Assembly (NCBI GenBank): GCA_037190965.1 | Contig: JBBCKI010000001.1 | Span: 1-64,000 of the forward strand | From: Chthoniobacteraceae bacterium | GTDB taxonomy: Bacteria > Verrucomicrobiota > Verrucomicrobiia > Chthoniobacterales > Chthoniobacteraceae | Direction of reading: 5' to 3' | Length of the DNA: 64,000 nt | Shown here: in pieces, positions 1-8,262 of the stretch | Numbering within the stretch: the stretch's first letter is position 1 | How the letters are laid out: each line of letters starts with the position of its first letter | Position numbers and translations under genes: made by a program | Notes under the pieces: model-generated | Seen by the model: the letters and a program-made list of their open reading frames with translations, nothing else | Database searches by the model: none | Told to the model about the DNA's origin: nothing

Positions 1-90
1 CCAAACCGCCCGTTACACTCGTGCGTGACTCTCCTTGCAAGGAGACTCCGGGAGTCTCGGCTACCGGATCTCCCCTGCTCCCCGGAACAT

Positions 91-207
91 TTCAATACGC
101 CGTTTTCGGCGGCCGTATGACTTGCAGTACCGTCTGCCAGACGATGCGGACATCGAGGAAAAAGGGTCAGTCCTCATGTTTTAAACTCCTCGCTTCGCCC
201 CGCAAGC
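91..207 (-). pseudogene. Duplicated, degenerate 3' end of the priming glycosyltransferase gene (1868-3268)
   Basis: 91-165 matches 1867-1941 at 71/75 nt, including the stop codon. gcttcgccccgcaagcc (~192-208) resembles gcttcgccacggaagcc (~2004-2020) after an internal deletion. Confidence 0.85.
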
Positions 208-297
208 CTTGATATTCCCCTCAGCTTCCAACGCTCGAAACCTGACCGGCGGCTACCATGTCGTGCAGTTGGGCTGAAATCAGCTCTATTAAGCATC

Positions 298-870
298 ATG
301 AAAACTCAATACTTCACAGCCACAAGCCTTGACGGATTCATCGCAACCGAGGATGACTCGTTGGAGTGGCTTTTCCCTCTCGGTGATCTGAATGATTCCA
401 GCTACCCAGCATTCATATCGGAAGTCGGTGCTTTGGCTATGGGATCGGCTACCTACGAATGGATGGTGCGCAACGCAGAAAAGGTAGCTGCTGAGACTGG
501 CTCATCGTGGCCATACACCCAGCCGACATGGATATTCTCTAGCCGCAAGCTTCCAAACATTGACGGTGCAAACATCCAATTCGTCAATGGAAATGTGCGC
601 CAGGTCCATCCTGAAATGAGGGCTGCTGCTGGCAGCAAAAATATCTGGATAGTTGGAGGGGGTGATCTCGCTGGTCAATTCTACGACGCTGGTCTATTGG
701 ACGAGCTAATCATTCAGATTGGCTCAGCCACCCTTGGCAAAGGTAAGCCGTTATTCCCTCGCAGGGTGCTAAGCCCAAATCTGCGCTTAGTATCTGTTCG
801 TCAGATCGGCACTGGTATGGCTGAGTTGTGCTATGAAGTACATAAAGAGAGCGCTGTCGATGCCGTCTAA
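298..870 (+). CDS. RibD C-terminal / dihydrofolate reductase-like family protein
   Basis: Motifs ATSLDGFIA, MGSATYE, IWIVGGGDLAGQFYDAGLLDEL, LGKGKPLF. AT-richer than the flanking genes. Confidence 0.9.
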   Translation: MKTQYFTATSLDGFIATEDDSLEWLFPLGDLNDSSYPAFISEVGALAMGSATYEWMVRNAEKVAAETGSSWPYTQPTWIFSSRKLPNIDGANIQFVNGNVRQVHPEMRAAAGSKNIWIVGGGDLAGQFYDAGLLDELIIQIGSATLGKGKPLFPRRVLSPNLRLVSVRQIGTGMAELCYEVHKESAVDAV

Positions 871-923
871 CCTTTCATTCAAGCTGACGCCGCTTCGCTG
901 CGCAGCTCAACCGGAAGTGGGCG
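865..923 (+). mobile_element. attC-like integron cassette recombination site (degenerate R' box)
   Basis: GTCTAAC(R'')-CTTTC-ATTCAAGC(L'')-TGACGCC-GCTTCGC-TGCGCA-GCTCAAC(L')-CGGAA-GTGGGCG; 59 bp, overlapping the stop codon. A GTTRRRY core site (GTTGGGC, 268-274) lies just upstream of the gene. Confidence 0.7.
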
Positions 924-946
924 ACTCTTGATCCTTAACTTCCGTC

Positions 947-1007
947 AAGTGTCAAGAGTCGACCCCGATTCCACGACCCCGATTCCACTTGCCGACCCCG
1001 ATTCCAC
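947..1007 (+). repeat. Left inverted-repeat end with three iterated CGACCCCGATTCCAC units
   Basis: aagtgtcaagagtcgaccccgat (947-969) is the reverse complement of 1676-1698 with 1 mismatch. Units at 960-974, 974-988 and 993-1007. Confidence 0.85.
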
Positions 1008-1103
1008 TTGTAAAGTACAAATACTAGGGACCGACCCCCAAAAGCGCCCTTAAGTTAGCGCCATTCGGGACCGACCCCTTCGCTGAGGACTGACACTTTC
1101 CCG

Positions 1104-1637
1104 CTACCGACCTCTTTCCCCCGCCGCCATTGGTTGCTGCATTTGCCCGCGCGATGGAAAAATAGCCGATATGTGTATTACAGAATTGCCGGATGGGAGA
1201 GTAGAAACGGTTAGCCTTAACGAGCCTAATTGCCCATCACTCCAAGGGCTAGTCACGCCTGAAAAGCGTTGATTTTCACCTACATCACCAGTCCACCATT
1301 CAATGCCTTTCACCCCCTGTCTCCCCCAATACCCTTCCGTCTGCAGCAATATCAAGGCATCATTGGATGACGACAAGAAAGCAGATAATTCGACTGGACT
1401 CAATTCAAGCTGAATCCAAATCTGCCGAAATCGCCAAGAACCGAGATCTTCAACCCTAAGTTTATTTAATCTTGAAGGTATGATTTTAATTCCAAAGGCC
1501 TCATTCACGAGCGACACCAAGGCTTCAGGATTTTCCTCGTGTGACTGTTTGCAACCCGAAACCAAACATACAAAACACATCAAAAAACATAAGCACCTAC
1601 ACATAATAAACATCAATGAAATGCCGGATAGGGCCAA
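1104..1637 (-). CDS. Hypothetical protein, probable lipoprotein (true start probably an internal Met)
   Basis: AT-rich ORF with a hydrophobic N-terminus ending in lipobox-like LVSG-C. Confidence 0.55.
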   Translation of the reverse strand: MALSGISLMFIMCRCLCFLMCFVCLVSGCKQSHEENPEALVSLVNEAFGIKIIPSRLNKLRVEDLGSWRFRQIWIQLELSPVELSAFLSSSNDALILLQTEGYWGRQGVKGIEWWTGDVGENQRFSGVTSPWSDGQLGSLRLTVSTLPSGNSVIHISAIFPSRGQMQQPMAAGERGR

Positions 1638-1654
1638 TTCCTAATAGAATATTG

Positions 1655-1698
1655 CTATCGGGGCTATCGGGGTCTATCGGGGTCAACTCTTGACACTT
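1655..1698 (-). repeat. Right inverted-repeat end with three iterated CTATCGGGG units
   Basis: ctatcgggg at 1655, 1664 and 1674; atcggggtcaactcttgacactt at 1676-1698. Confidence 0.85.
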
Positions 1699-1867
1699 AA
1701 CAAATGGCCTTCGAAACTCGCTTTGCGAGCGAAGCAATCCACCGGAAAGCGCACAGATACGATCATATAAAGTGATGCGTTGAGCTCCTGTGCGGATCCC
1801 GTACGAGACTTCCCGCTTTTCCTGGCTATTGGAGGCAACTGGATCATCTCTGCTCCCCTGAGCCCCT

Positions 1868-3268
1868 TCAATACGCCGTCTTCGGCGGCCGTATGACCTG
1901 CAGCACTGTCTGCCAGACGATGCGGACATCGAGGAAAAAGGACCAGGTCTCAATATACTCGATGTCGCACTCCACACGCAGGATGATGTCTTCCCGCGTC
2001 ACGGCTTCGCCACGGAAGCCCCGGATCTGCGCCAGCCCGCTGAGCCCCGGCTTGACGAAGCGGCGGATCCCGTAGCTGCTCATTTTTTCCGCAAAGATCT
2101 TGTCGTGCTGGAGCATATGCGGGCGGGGCCCGACGAGACTCATGTGCCCGAGAAGGACGTTCAGAAACTGCGGGAACTCATCGAGGCTGAACCGGCGCAA
2201 AAACCGCCCGACGGGGTAAATCCGATCATCGCGCTGGGTCGCCTGCGCGGCGGAATCGCACTTGTCCGAATACATCGTGCGGTACTTGAAGATGGTAAAG
2301 TGGCGGTTATCGACTCCGGAGCGGCTCTGCAAAAAGAAAACCGGGCCGGGAGCCTGGAAACGTTGCAACAGCCAGACGACAAAAGTCATCGGCGGCAGGA
2401 TGAAACAGACGACGAGAAGGCTCACCGCGATGTCGAACGCCCGCTTGACCGCGCGGTTCACCAGGTTCTGCAAGGGCTCCTGGCGCAGTTCGATCAAATC
2501 GACGTTGTCGCACCGGAAATAAGAGAGCCGCCGCTGAAGGAACAGATCGAGATCGTTAACGAGAGAAACCCGGCAGCCACGCGCTTCCGCCAGCCGCATC
2601 CACCCGCCCAGCACGCGCCGGTCCCGGGGGCTCCCGAGAATGAAGATGTTGCCGATCTCATACCGGTCGAGCACCGACTCCAGTTCCTCAGGGTTGCCCA
2701 GCTTGGTAATCCCTGCGGGGAGACAATCCTGATCTGATTCGGTAATCATGCCGACGGTTTCGAATCCAAAGAGCCTCGCTTTGGAGAGCAGCGAGTGAAC
2801 GTTGCCCACCTCGGAAGGCTGACCGATCAGGACGAGCCGCTGGCGTTGATGCCTCAGGAAGAAACGAAAGAGATCGAGCGCAAAATACCGGCTGAAGACG
2901 ATCAGCGCGACGTAAGCCATCGGGATGTACGTAAACAGGAAGAGGCGGGAGACCGTCTCATCCTTCGTCACAAAGAGGAACCCGGCAGTGATCGCCGCCG
3001 CGAACAGGACATGCGTCGAAATGAAACGATGGCTTTCCAATACCCCCGAGGTGACCGAAAGAACGTCGTGCTGCCGGGACTGAAGAAAGGAGATCTGAAA
3101 CCCGAAGGCAATGGCCAGATAATAGGTAAAATAGTTGGAGGCCTCCATCGAAAGCTGCGGCACAAAGTGTGCGAGAATCCCGAAATAGCCCCAGAAAAGC
3201 GCCGTCAGGAGAAGCAACACGGCGGTCTGATAGGATTTGATCAGGCCAAGTTCTCGATGTTGAAACAT
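1868..3268 (-). CDS. Exopolysaccharide priming polyprenyl glycosylphosphotransferase (WcaJ/WbaP family)
   Basis: N-terminal TM helices and Rossmann-like middle region; Bac_transf motifs [41 protein letters not shown]. Confidence 0.93.
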   Translation of the reverse strand: MFQHRELGLIKSYQTAVLLLLTALFWGYFGILAHFVPQLSMEASNYFTYYLAIAFGFQISFLQSRQHDVLSVTSGVLESHRFISTHVLFAAAITAGFLFVTKDETVSRLFLFTYIPMAYVALIVFSRYFALDLFRFFLRHQRQRLVLIGQPSEVGNVHSLLSKARLFGFETVGMITESDQDCLPAGITKLGNPEELESVLDRYEIGNIFILGSPRDRRVLGGWMRLAEARGCRVSLVNDLDLFLQRRLSYFRCDNVDLIELRQEPLQNLVNRAVKRAFDIAVSLLVVCFILPPMTFVVWLLQRFQAPGPVFFLQSRSGVDNRHFTIFKYRTMYSDKCDSAAQATQRDDRIYPVGRFLRRFSLDEFPQFLNVLLGHMSLVGPRPHMLQHDKIFAEKMSSYGIRRFVKPGLSGLAQIRGFRGEAVTREDIILRVECDIEYIETWSFFLDVRIVWQTVLQVIRPPKTAY

Positions 3269-3285
3269 AGAATGAGTGGATCGCC

Positions 3286-4872
3286 CTAAAAACGCAGTTT
3301 ACAGCCGACCCCGGTCACATTGCTGATAAAATTCGCGCCCGACGAATCGGCAAAGCGCTGCTGGGTGTTATTGAAGAGGATCAATTCCCACATCTTGGAG
3401 ACAGCCCACGATACTGACAAGCCGCCCTGAAGGAAACAGAAATCCCCTGTTTTGGGGGCAACGTTTGCCATTCTCTCTCCGTACCCACCGGCGACCTGCA
3501 TTTTGATATCGGTGTTCCCAAAAAAGCGAACCAAGGCATAGCTCTCCAGGCCCGTTTCGATATCAAGATGCAGGTGATCGAAGGTCACAGTGCTGATCGA
3601 CCGATAAAGCCGCAAAACAAACGCGGTGTTGTCATTCCAATGGTAGCTCCCCGTGATATCGAATACAGGAGCGACCAAGCCGTCCCGCCCCGCGACTTCA
3701 TGGGAAAAACGCCGGACCTGGAAGCCTCCCCTCCCCTCCAATTTGAAGTGATAACTAGGGCGGATGGCCCCGAGGAGCTGAAAAGTCTGATAAAACTGCT
3801 CGCCAAAATCCGCGTCCACGCGGCCGATCTGGTAGGAGCCCCCGTAGGAAATGGCCTGGCTGTGCCGATAACGCGCGGAGAGCGTGACACTGTGGTCGAT
3901 CGCGATCCCGCCCGGGTCCGCCTTGTCGTTGCGACCCTCGTAGCTCATGAAGAGGTCGATCTTGCGGGTGATCGGGTAGTTCGCAAATACACGGGCGAGG
4001 TAGCTCCGGGCCTCCGAATACCCCTGGCTATTGACGAAAAGGCCGCTCTGGGTGAGGTAAAGAAGATCGACCGCCACCTCCAGCTTCGAGAACGGGTAGC
4101 GAAGGTTGAAGATGATATTTTCGTCGCGGTTATCGAGATAGCGATAAGTCGAATACCGGGTAAAATTCGGCATGTAGAGCAGGCTCACGAAGCCCCGCGT
4201 TCCCGACTCCACATAAAACCGGGGCTGGAAGGTGGTGAAGGTGTCGCTCTTGGTGTCGCGGTTCGCCCCGAAGACGTTGTTGGTGAAATTGAAGGTTCCC
4301 GCCGCCTCGAAGGCGGTACGCACCGGCCCCAGTTTCAGCCGGCGCGCCTTTTCTTTCTCAAATACGATGCGCGGTTCCGGAACGAACGGGAGCACCCCCG
4401 AGACCGGGTTTCGATACAGGCCGAGAATCCGGCTGCTCTTGAAGACGTTTTCAAAAGCCTCCCGCTCCTTGTCGCGAATCTGCATTTCCTCCTCGTTCGC
4501 CGTCGGCGTCTCGGGAAGCGGCAGGTTTGGCGTGGTCCCGGGGAGCGTCATCGACTCAACGGGGTCGTAATCCGCCGGGGTTTTCGAAGGACTGAACCCT
4601 CGCTCCTCCCACTCAAAAAACGCCTTGGTGTCGTCCAGGATCGTCGGAGGGGGCACATCAAGCTCGGGCACCCCGATCAGCGGGTCGGATTCGGGCAAAA
4701 ATGGATAACTGGGGTCGTAGGGACGAGCCGTGTCGGTCGGCAGATCCTCCTGCGTGGTCTGGGCACGAGCCTTCGAGACAGGGCCGAGCAGCACGATGAC
4801 CGCCAATACTGCTCGCATCATTCTGCCTTTTGGCCCTGCCATCAGAGAAGCCCCGGTGCCGCGTCCGCTCAC
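3286..4872 (-). CDS. Putative outer-membrane beta-barrel protein of the polysaccharide export operon
   Basis: Signal peptide (ARA-Q), Pro/acidic N-terminal linker, alternating amphipathic strands, terminal Phe. Overlaps the wzc stop. Confidence 0.7.
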   Translation of the reverse strand: MSGRGTGASLMAGPKGRMMRAVLAVIVLLGPVSKARAQTTQEDLPTDTARPYDPSYPFLPESDPLIGVPELDVPPPTILDDTKAFFEWEERGFSPSKTPADYDPVESMTLPGTTPNLPLPETPTANEEEMQIRDKEREAFENVFKSSRILGLYRNPVSGVLPFVPEPRIVFEKEKARRLKLGPVRTAFEAAGTFNFTNNVFGANRDTKSDTFTTFQPRFYVESGTRGFVSLLYMPNFTRYSTYRYLDNRDENIIFNLRYPFSKLEVAVDLLYLTQSGLFVNSQGYSEARSYLARVFANYPITRKIDLFMSYEGRNDKADPGGIAIDHSVTLSARYRHSQAISYGGSYQIGRVDADFGEQFYQTFQLLGAIRPSYHFKLEGRGGFQVRRFSHEVAGRDGLVAPVFDITGSYHWNDNTAFVLRLYRSISTVTFDHLHLDIETGLESYALVRFFGNTDIKMQVAGGYGERMANVAPKTGDFCFLQGGLSVSWAVSKMWELILFNNTQQRFADSSGANFISNVTGVGCKLRF

Positions 4873-7433
4873 GGCGCGTTTCGCCAGCTTTTGGCCGCTT
4901 CAAGCAGCTTGGCCTGGGCCTCCTCGCGCCCCAGCCCCGCCTTGCCGACCTCGGTCAGGAAAGTTTCGATCAACTCGCGTCTCCGCATCCCTGCCTGCGA
5001 CGTGTCGCGCTGGGGATCTTCGCCGATCTCATTGCGCCAGACCTTGAGGGTCAACAGCAGCATGGCCCTAGCTTTGTCGCGCGGGAGCCCCGCCGCCTGC
5101 AGCCGGTCGAGCAATTCGCCAAAGATGTCGCGTCGAAGCTGGCCTTGAGCGGAGGAATCCCGCCGGCTCGCCCGAGGCAAAACAATCGCGCCGCCGCAAC
5201 TGCACTGCCGCGCAAATGCACTACCTCCGCAAGGAACGGTACTGCGGATGCACTCTTCACGGGAGGAGTACCGCCGCCCGCATGAAGCGCAAAGCACTTC
5301 GCTGTCCAGTTCCGACACCGCCCGAAGAGGCTTTCGGCGGATATCGCGTTGCCGGTCGCGGCTGAAGACCACGCCGGTCGGTTTCGCCCCGGCCCGGGTC
5401 AGAAGTTCCGTTGCCCGGACCACGGACTCCCTCGATGTCTTGCCGGCCTCCACCACCAGACAAATGACGGGGAAGAACCGGGCGAACGAGAGCGTGTCGC
5501 TCGCGGTCGTGATCGGAGCGGTATCGAAAATAATCTGGTCATACAACACTCGCGCCTCTTCCAGAAACTCACGGAATCGCGAACGGGAGAAGATCTCGAC
5601 GAAATGCGAACGCGACGCACCGGCTGTCACCAGATCAAGGTTCGAATAGGGTGAGGCCATGATGATGCTGGAGAAGGAGGCCTCGCCCAGCAGATAATCG
5701 GAAAGCCCGACGTTCTCGCCCTCCCCCAGCAGCCACTCGCCCATGACGGGACGGGAGAGAGAGGCATCGACGAGCAGGGTGCGCTGGCCGCTCTGCGCCT
5801 GGGCGACGGCAAGGTTGAGACAGCAGAACGATTTCCCTTCCCCACCCTCCGCGCTGGTAAGAAGAACCAGTTGCCCGAGCCCCGCCGCCTCATCCGCTTG
5901 CAGGAAAGCGGTGAGAGTCCGGAAAGCTTCGGCAGCGCTGGACTCGCGATCATCTTGGACCGGCACCGGGCATTTGCGCGGCAGAAAGCTCTCCCCTTCG
6001 GGCGGAAGCACGATGGGCACCGAAGCCAACACAGAAAGACCCAGTGTCCGCTCGATGTCTTCCACCGACTGGAAACTCTTGTCCGACTGCGCGAGGAGCA
6101 GAATGATCCCCGCGCCGAGCATCAACCCGCCCACCAAACTCGTCGCCAAAATCCGGATCGGCCCGAGCGACGCCCGATAACCATACCCGGGCTCGCCAAC
6201 CGCCTGAATCAGCACCGGTTGGATGCGCCCCTGGGCCAGCTCTTTGTTCAGGCGTTTCAGCGCGGTTTCATACGAGAGGCGGTCGGCGTCGACCTGCCGC
6301 TGGAAGACCTGAAACTCCACGGCCTGAGCCTTGATCTGGATGACCTTCGCTTCCAACTTGGCCTGCTCTTCGATCAGGCTCTGCTCGTTGCGGCGGGCCA
6401 CGTTGAGGGCGGTCTCGATGCTCTGGGGCGCTTTGAGCACTTCTTCCTTGAGCGACTGCTCGACCGCGTTCAGCTCGGACTCCGCCTGCCGCTTGTAAGG
6501 ATGTTTGAAGCCGTAACGTTCCTGGATCTTGGCAAAGTTGCCCCTCAACTCATTGGCCCGGCTGGAAAGCGCCAGCACCGAGGGGAGGTCGCGGACACTC
6601 CGGATCAAAATCAGTTTATCCGCGTCGTCCCGGGATTCCGCGATCTGCACGAAATCGCTTTCGAACTTGAGACGCTCCGTCTTGAGCACGCTTAGCGTCG
6701 AATTCAACTCGCGCAGTTGCAGCGCCACAAGGTTAAGCTCCTGATCAACGGAAACGCTCCCCAGCTTGCGCATGTAGTCATTGAGCTTCTCCTCGGAGCC
6801 CATCAGGTTGTTCTCCAGCTTCTTGGTCTCCTCGCGCAGGTTTCGGATGTTGGTATTGACCGCTTCCATCCGTTGATCGCGGTAATAATCGATCCCCTCC
6901 TTGACCAGCGCCCGGGCGACTTCCTGGGCAATGACGGGGTTCCAGCTTTCAAACGAAACCTGGATGAGCCGCGTGTCAGGAATGAGCGACACCTGGCTCT
7001 GCGTGGCCAGATAAGTGCGAAGATCGCCTTCCGATACATCCCGGGCTGGAAGCCCCTTCGAAACAAATCCGTCGCGGGCTCCCAGGTCGAGCGCCTTGAT
7101 GACCCGGTCGATCAACGCGGGGCTCAGGAAGACACGCTCGATAGTCTTGAGGTCCTCCGCCGCGGCGTTTTCAAACAGCGAGACGGCTTCTCCCTGTTCC
7201 GCGTCCGGATCGCGGTCGGTGCGCCGTTCCACCTTGATTTCCCCGCTGGAGCGGTAAACAGGTTCCGCCGTTTTGAGATAGGCAAACCCTGCCAAAATGG
7301 CCATTCCTGTCGTCACCAGTGGTATCCAATAATACCGAAGGGCCGTCTTGAGAATCGCCGTTACATCAAACGCACCTGCCGCCCCTGGTGTGGAAGCGGA
7401 AATGCCATCGGGATCCAGTTCGTTGAAACTCAT
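4869..7433 (-). CDS. wzc: Wzc-like polysaccharide co-polymerase / BY-kinase with unusual C-terminal extension
   Basis: Wzz-type N-terminus, coiled coil, second TM; Walker A TSAEGGEGKS, A' LLVDAS, Walker B IIFDTAP. ATG at 7433 follows the wza stop. Confidence 0.88.
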   Translation of the reverse strand: MSFNELDPDGISASTPGAAGAFDVTAILKTALRYYWIPLVTTGMAILAGFAYLKTAEPVYRSSGEIKVERRTDRDPDAEQGEAVSLFENAAAEDLKTIERVFLSPALIDRVIKALDLGARDGFVSKGLPARDVSEGDLRTYLATQSQVSLIPDTRLIQVSFESWNPVIAQEVARALVKEGIDYYRDQRMEAVNTNIRNLREETKKLENNLMGSEEKLNDYMRKLGSVSVDQELNLVALQLRELNSTLSVLKTERLKFESDFVQIAESRDDADKLILIRSVRDLPSVLALSSRANELRGNFAKIQERYGFKHPYKRQAESELNAVEQSLKEEVLKAPQSIETALNVARRNEQSLIEEQAKLEAKVIQIKAQAVEFQVFQRQVDADRLSYETALKRLNKELAQGRIQPVLIQAVGEPGYGYRASLGPIRILATSLVGGLMLGAGIILLLAQSDKSFQSVEDIERTLGLSVLASVPIVLPPEGESFLPRKCPVPVQDDRESSAAEAFRTLTAFLQADEAAGLGQLVLLTSAEGGEGKSFCCLNLAVAQAQSGQRTLLVDASLSRPVMGEWLLGEGENVGLSDYLLGEASFSSIIMASPYSNLDLVTAGASRSHFVEIFSRSRFREFLEEARVLYDQIIFDTAPITTASDTLSFARFFPVICLVVEAGKTSRESVVRATELLTRAGAKPTGVVFSRDRQRDIRRKPLRAVSELDSEVLCASCGRRYSSREECIRSTVPCGGSAFARQCSCGGAIVLPRASRRDSSAQGQLRRDIFGELLDRLQAAGLPRDKARAMLLLTLKVWRNEIGEDPQRDTSQAGMRRRELIETFLTEVGKAGLGREEAQAKLLEAAKSWRNAP

Positions 7434-7434
7434 C

Positions 7435-8127
7435 TTAGAATTTGGTTTCCGTGACGAAAATAATATCTCCTTCTTCGATCCTGAAGGCCTGCATCTCCGG
7501 TTCAAGGGAATTGACGCGAATCTGTTTGACCTGGCCGTCGATTCTCCGCGTGATGATCACCTTTTTCAAGTTACCAAGCGAAGTCTGGCCGCCGGCCATG
7601 GCAATGGCCTCGGGAAGATACATCAACTCTTCAGGAGGGATCACGTAAGTCGCTGCGTTATTCACATGCCCCCACACCGTAAAACGCCGTGGAGCGTAGG
7701 CCAGAACAGTGATGTTAACCTGCGGGTTGACCAGGTACGTCCCGCTCAACTTCTGGGCGATCAACGCGCGCGTCTCCTCCACGGTTTTGCCGCCGACGGC
7801 AACCGCGCCGACCAGCCCGACGTTGACGGTGCCGTCCGCCAAAACCCGCTGGCGGGTAGTCATGAGCGGTTCCTGGAAGACGTCGATCTGCACGATGTCT
7901 CCCGGGCGAAGCCGGTACAGAATGCGCTTAACCGTGACATTATCGATGGTCTGGGCCGTGTCGAAAGACCGTTCCGGCGGCGTCGAACACGAAACCAGCA
8001 TCCCCATCGCCAGGAGGTAAAACGACCGATAAAACAGCCGGAACGCTCGTCTCCATGAAAGCAAAGAACCGCTCCGGAAAAATCGGATCAGGCTCCACCC
8101 TATTGAGTCCGGAAAAAACAGGGACAT
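7435..8127 (-). CDS. wza: Wza-like polysaccharide export lipoprotein (Poly_export + SLBB); true start probably further downstream
   Basis: Lipobox LVS-C; YRLRPGD.VQIDVFQEP, DGTVN..LVG.V.V.GKT, YLVNPQV, EAIAMAGG, GDIIFV. Confidence 0.88.
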   Translation of the reverse strand: MSLFFPDSIGWSLIRFFRSGSLLSWRRAFRLFYRSFYLLAMGMLVSCSTPPERSFDTAQTIDNVTVKRILYRLRPGDIVQIDVFQEPLMTTRQRVLADGTVNVGLVGAVAVGGKTVEETRALIAQKLSGTYLVNPQVNITVLAYAPRRFTVWGHVNNAATYVIPPEELMYLPEAIAMAGGQTSLGNLKKVIITRRIDGQVKQIRVNSLEPEMQAFRIEEGDIIFVTETKF

Positions 8128-8262
8128 ATCCGTGTCACCTACACAGCCAAACCGCTATGAGCAAGGTTTTTAACCCAAACCGCAATTCGAAGCGTGGCGG
8201 AGTCTCAACACAGAGCCCGTGGTTGCAAGGGATCTCGTGGCGATCAACGTCGGAGTTCGGGT

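Noticed and set aside
226..274. Possible upstream attC (ttccaac ... gttgggc)
   Set aside because: Only 49 bp, with no recognisable L boxes or stem; only the GTTRRRY core is credible.
298..870. Trimethoprim-resistance dfr gene
   Set aside because: Motifs fit the broad RibD-C/DHFR-like family rather than DfrA/DfrB; resistance cannot be inferred.
960..1078. Mini CRISPR array
   Set aside because: Units are 12-15 bp and abutting or irregularly spaced; no spacers of consistent length and no cas genes.
3568..5148. 526 aa plus-strand ORF
   Set aside because: Antisense shadow of the barrel and wzc genes in GC-rich DNA; no recognisable motifs.
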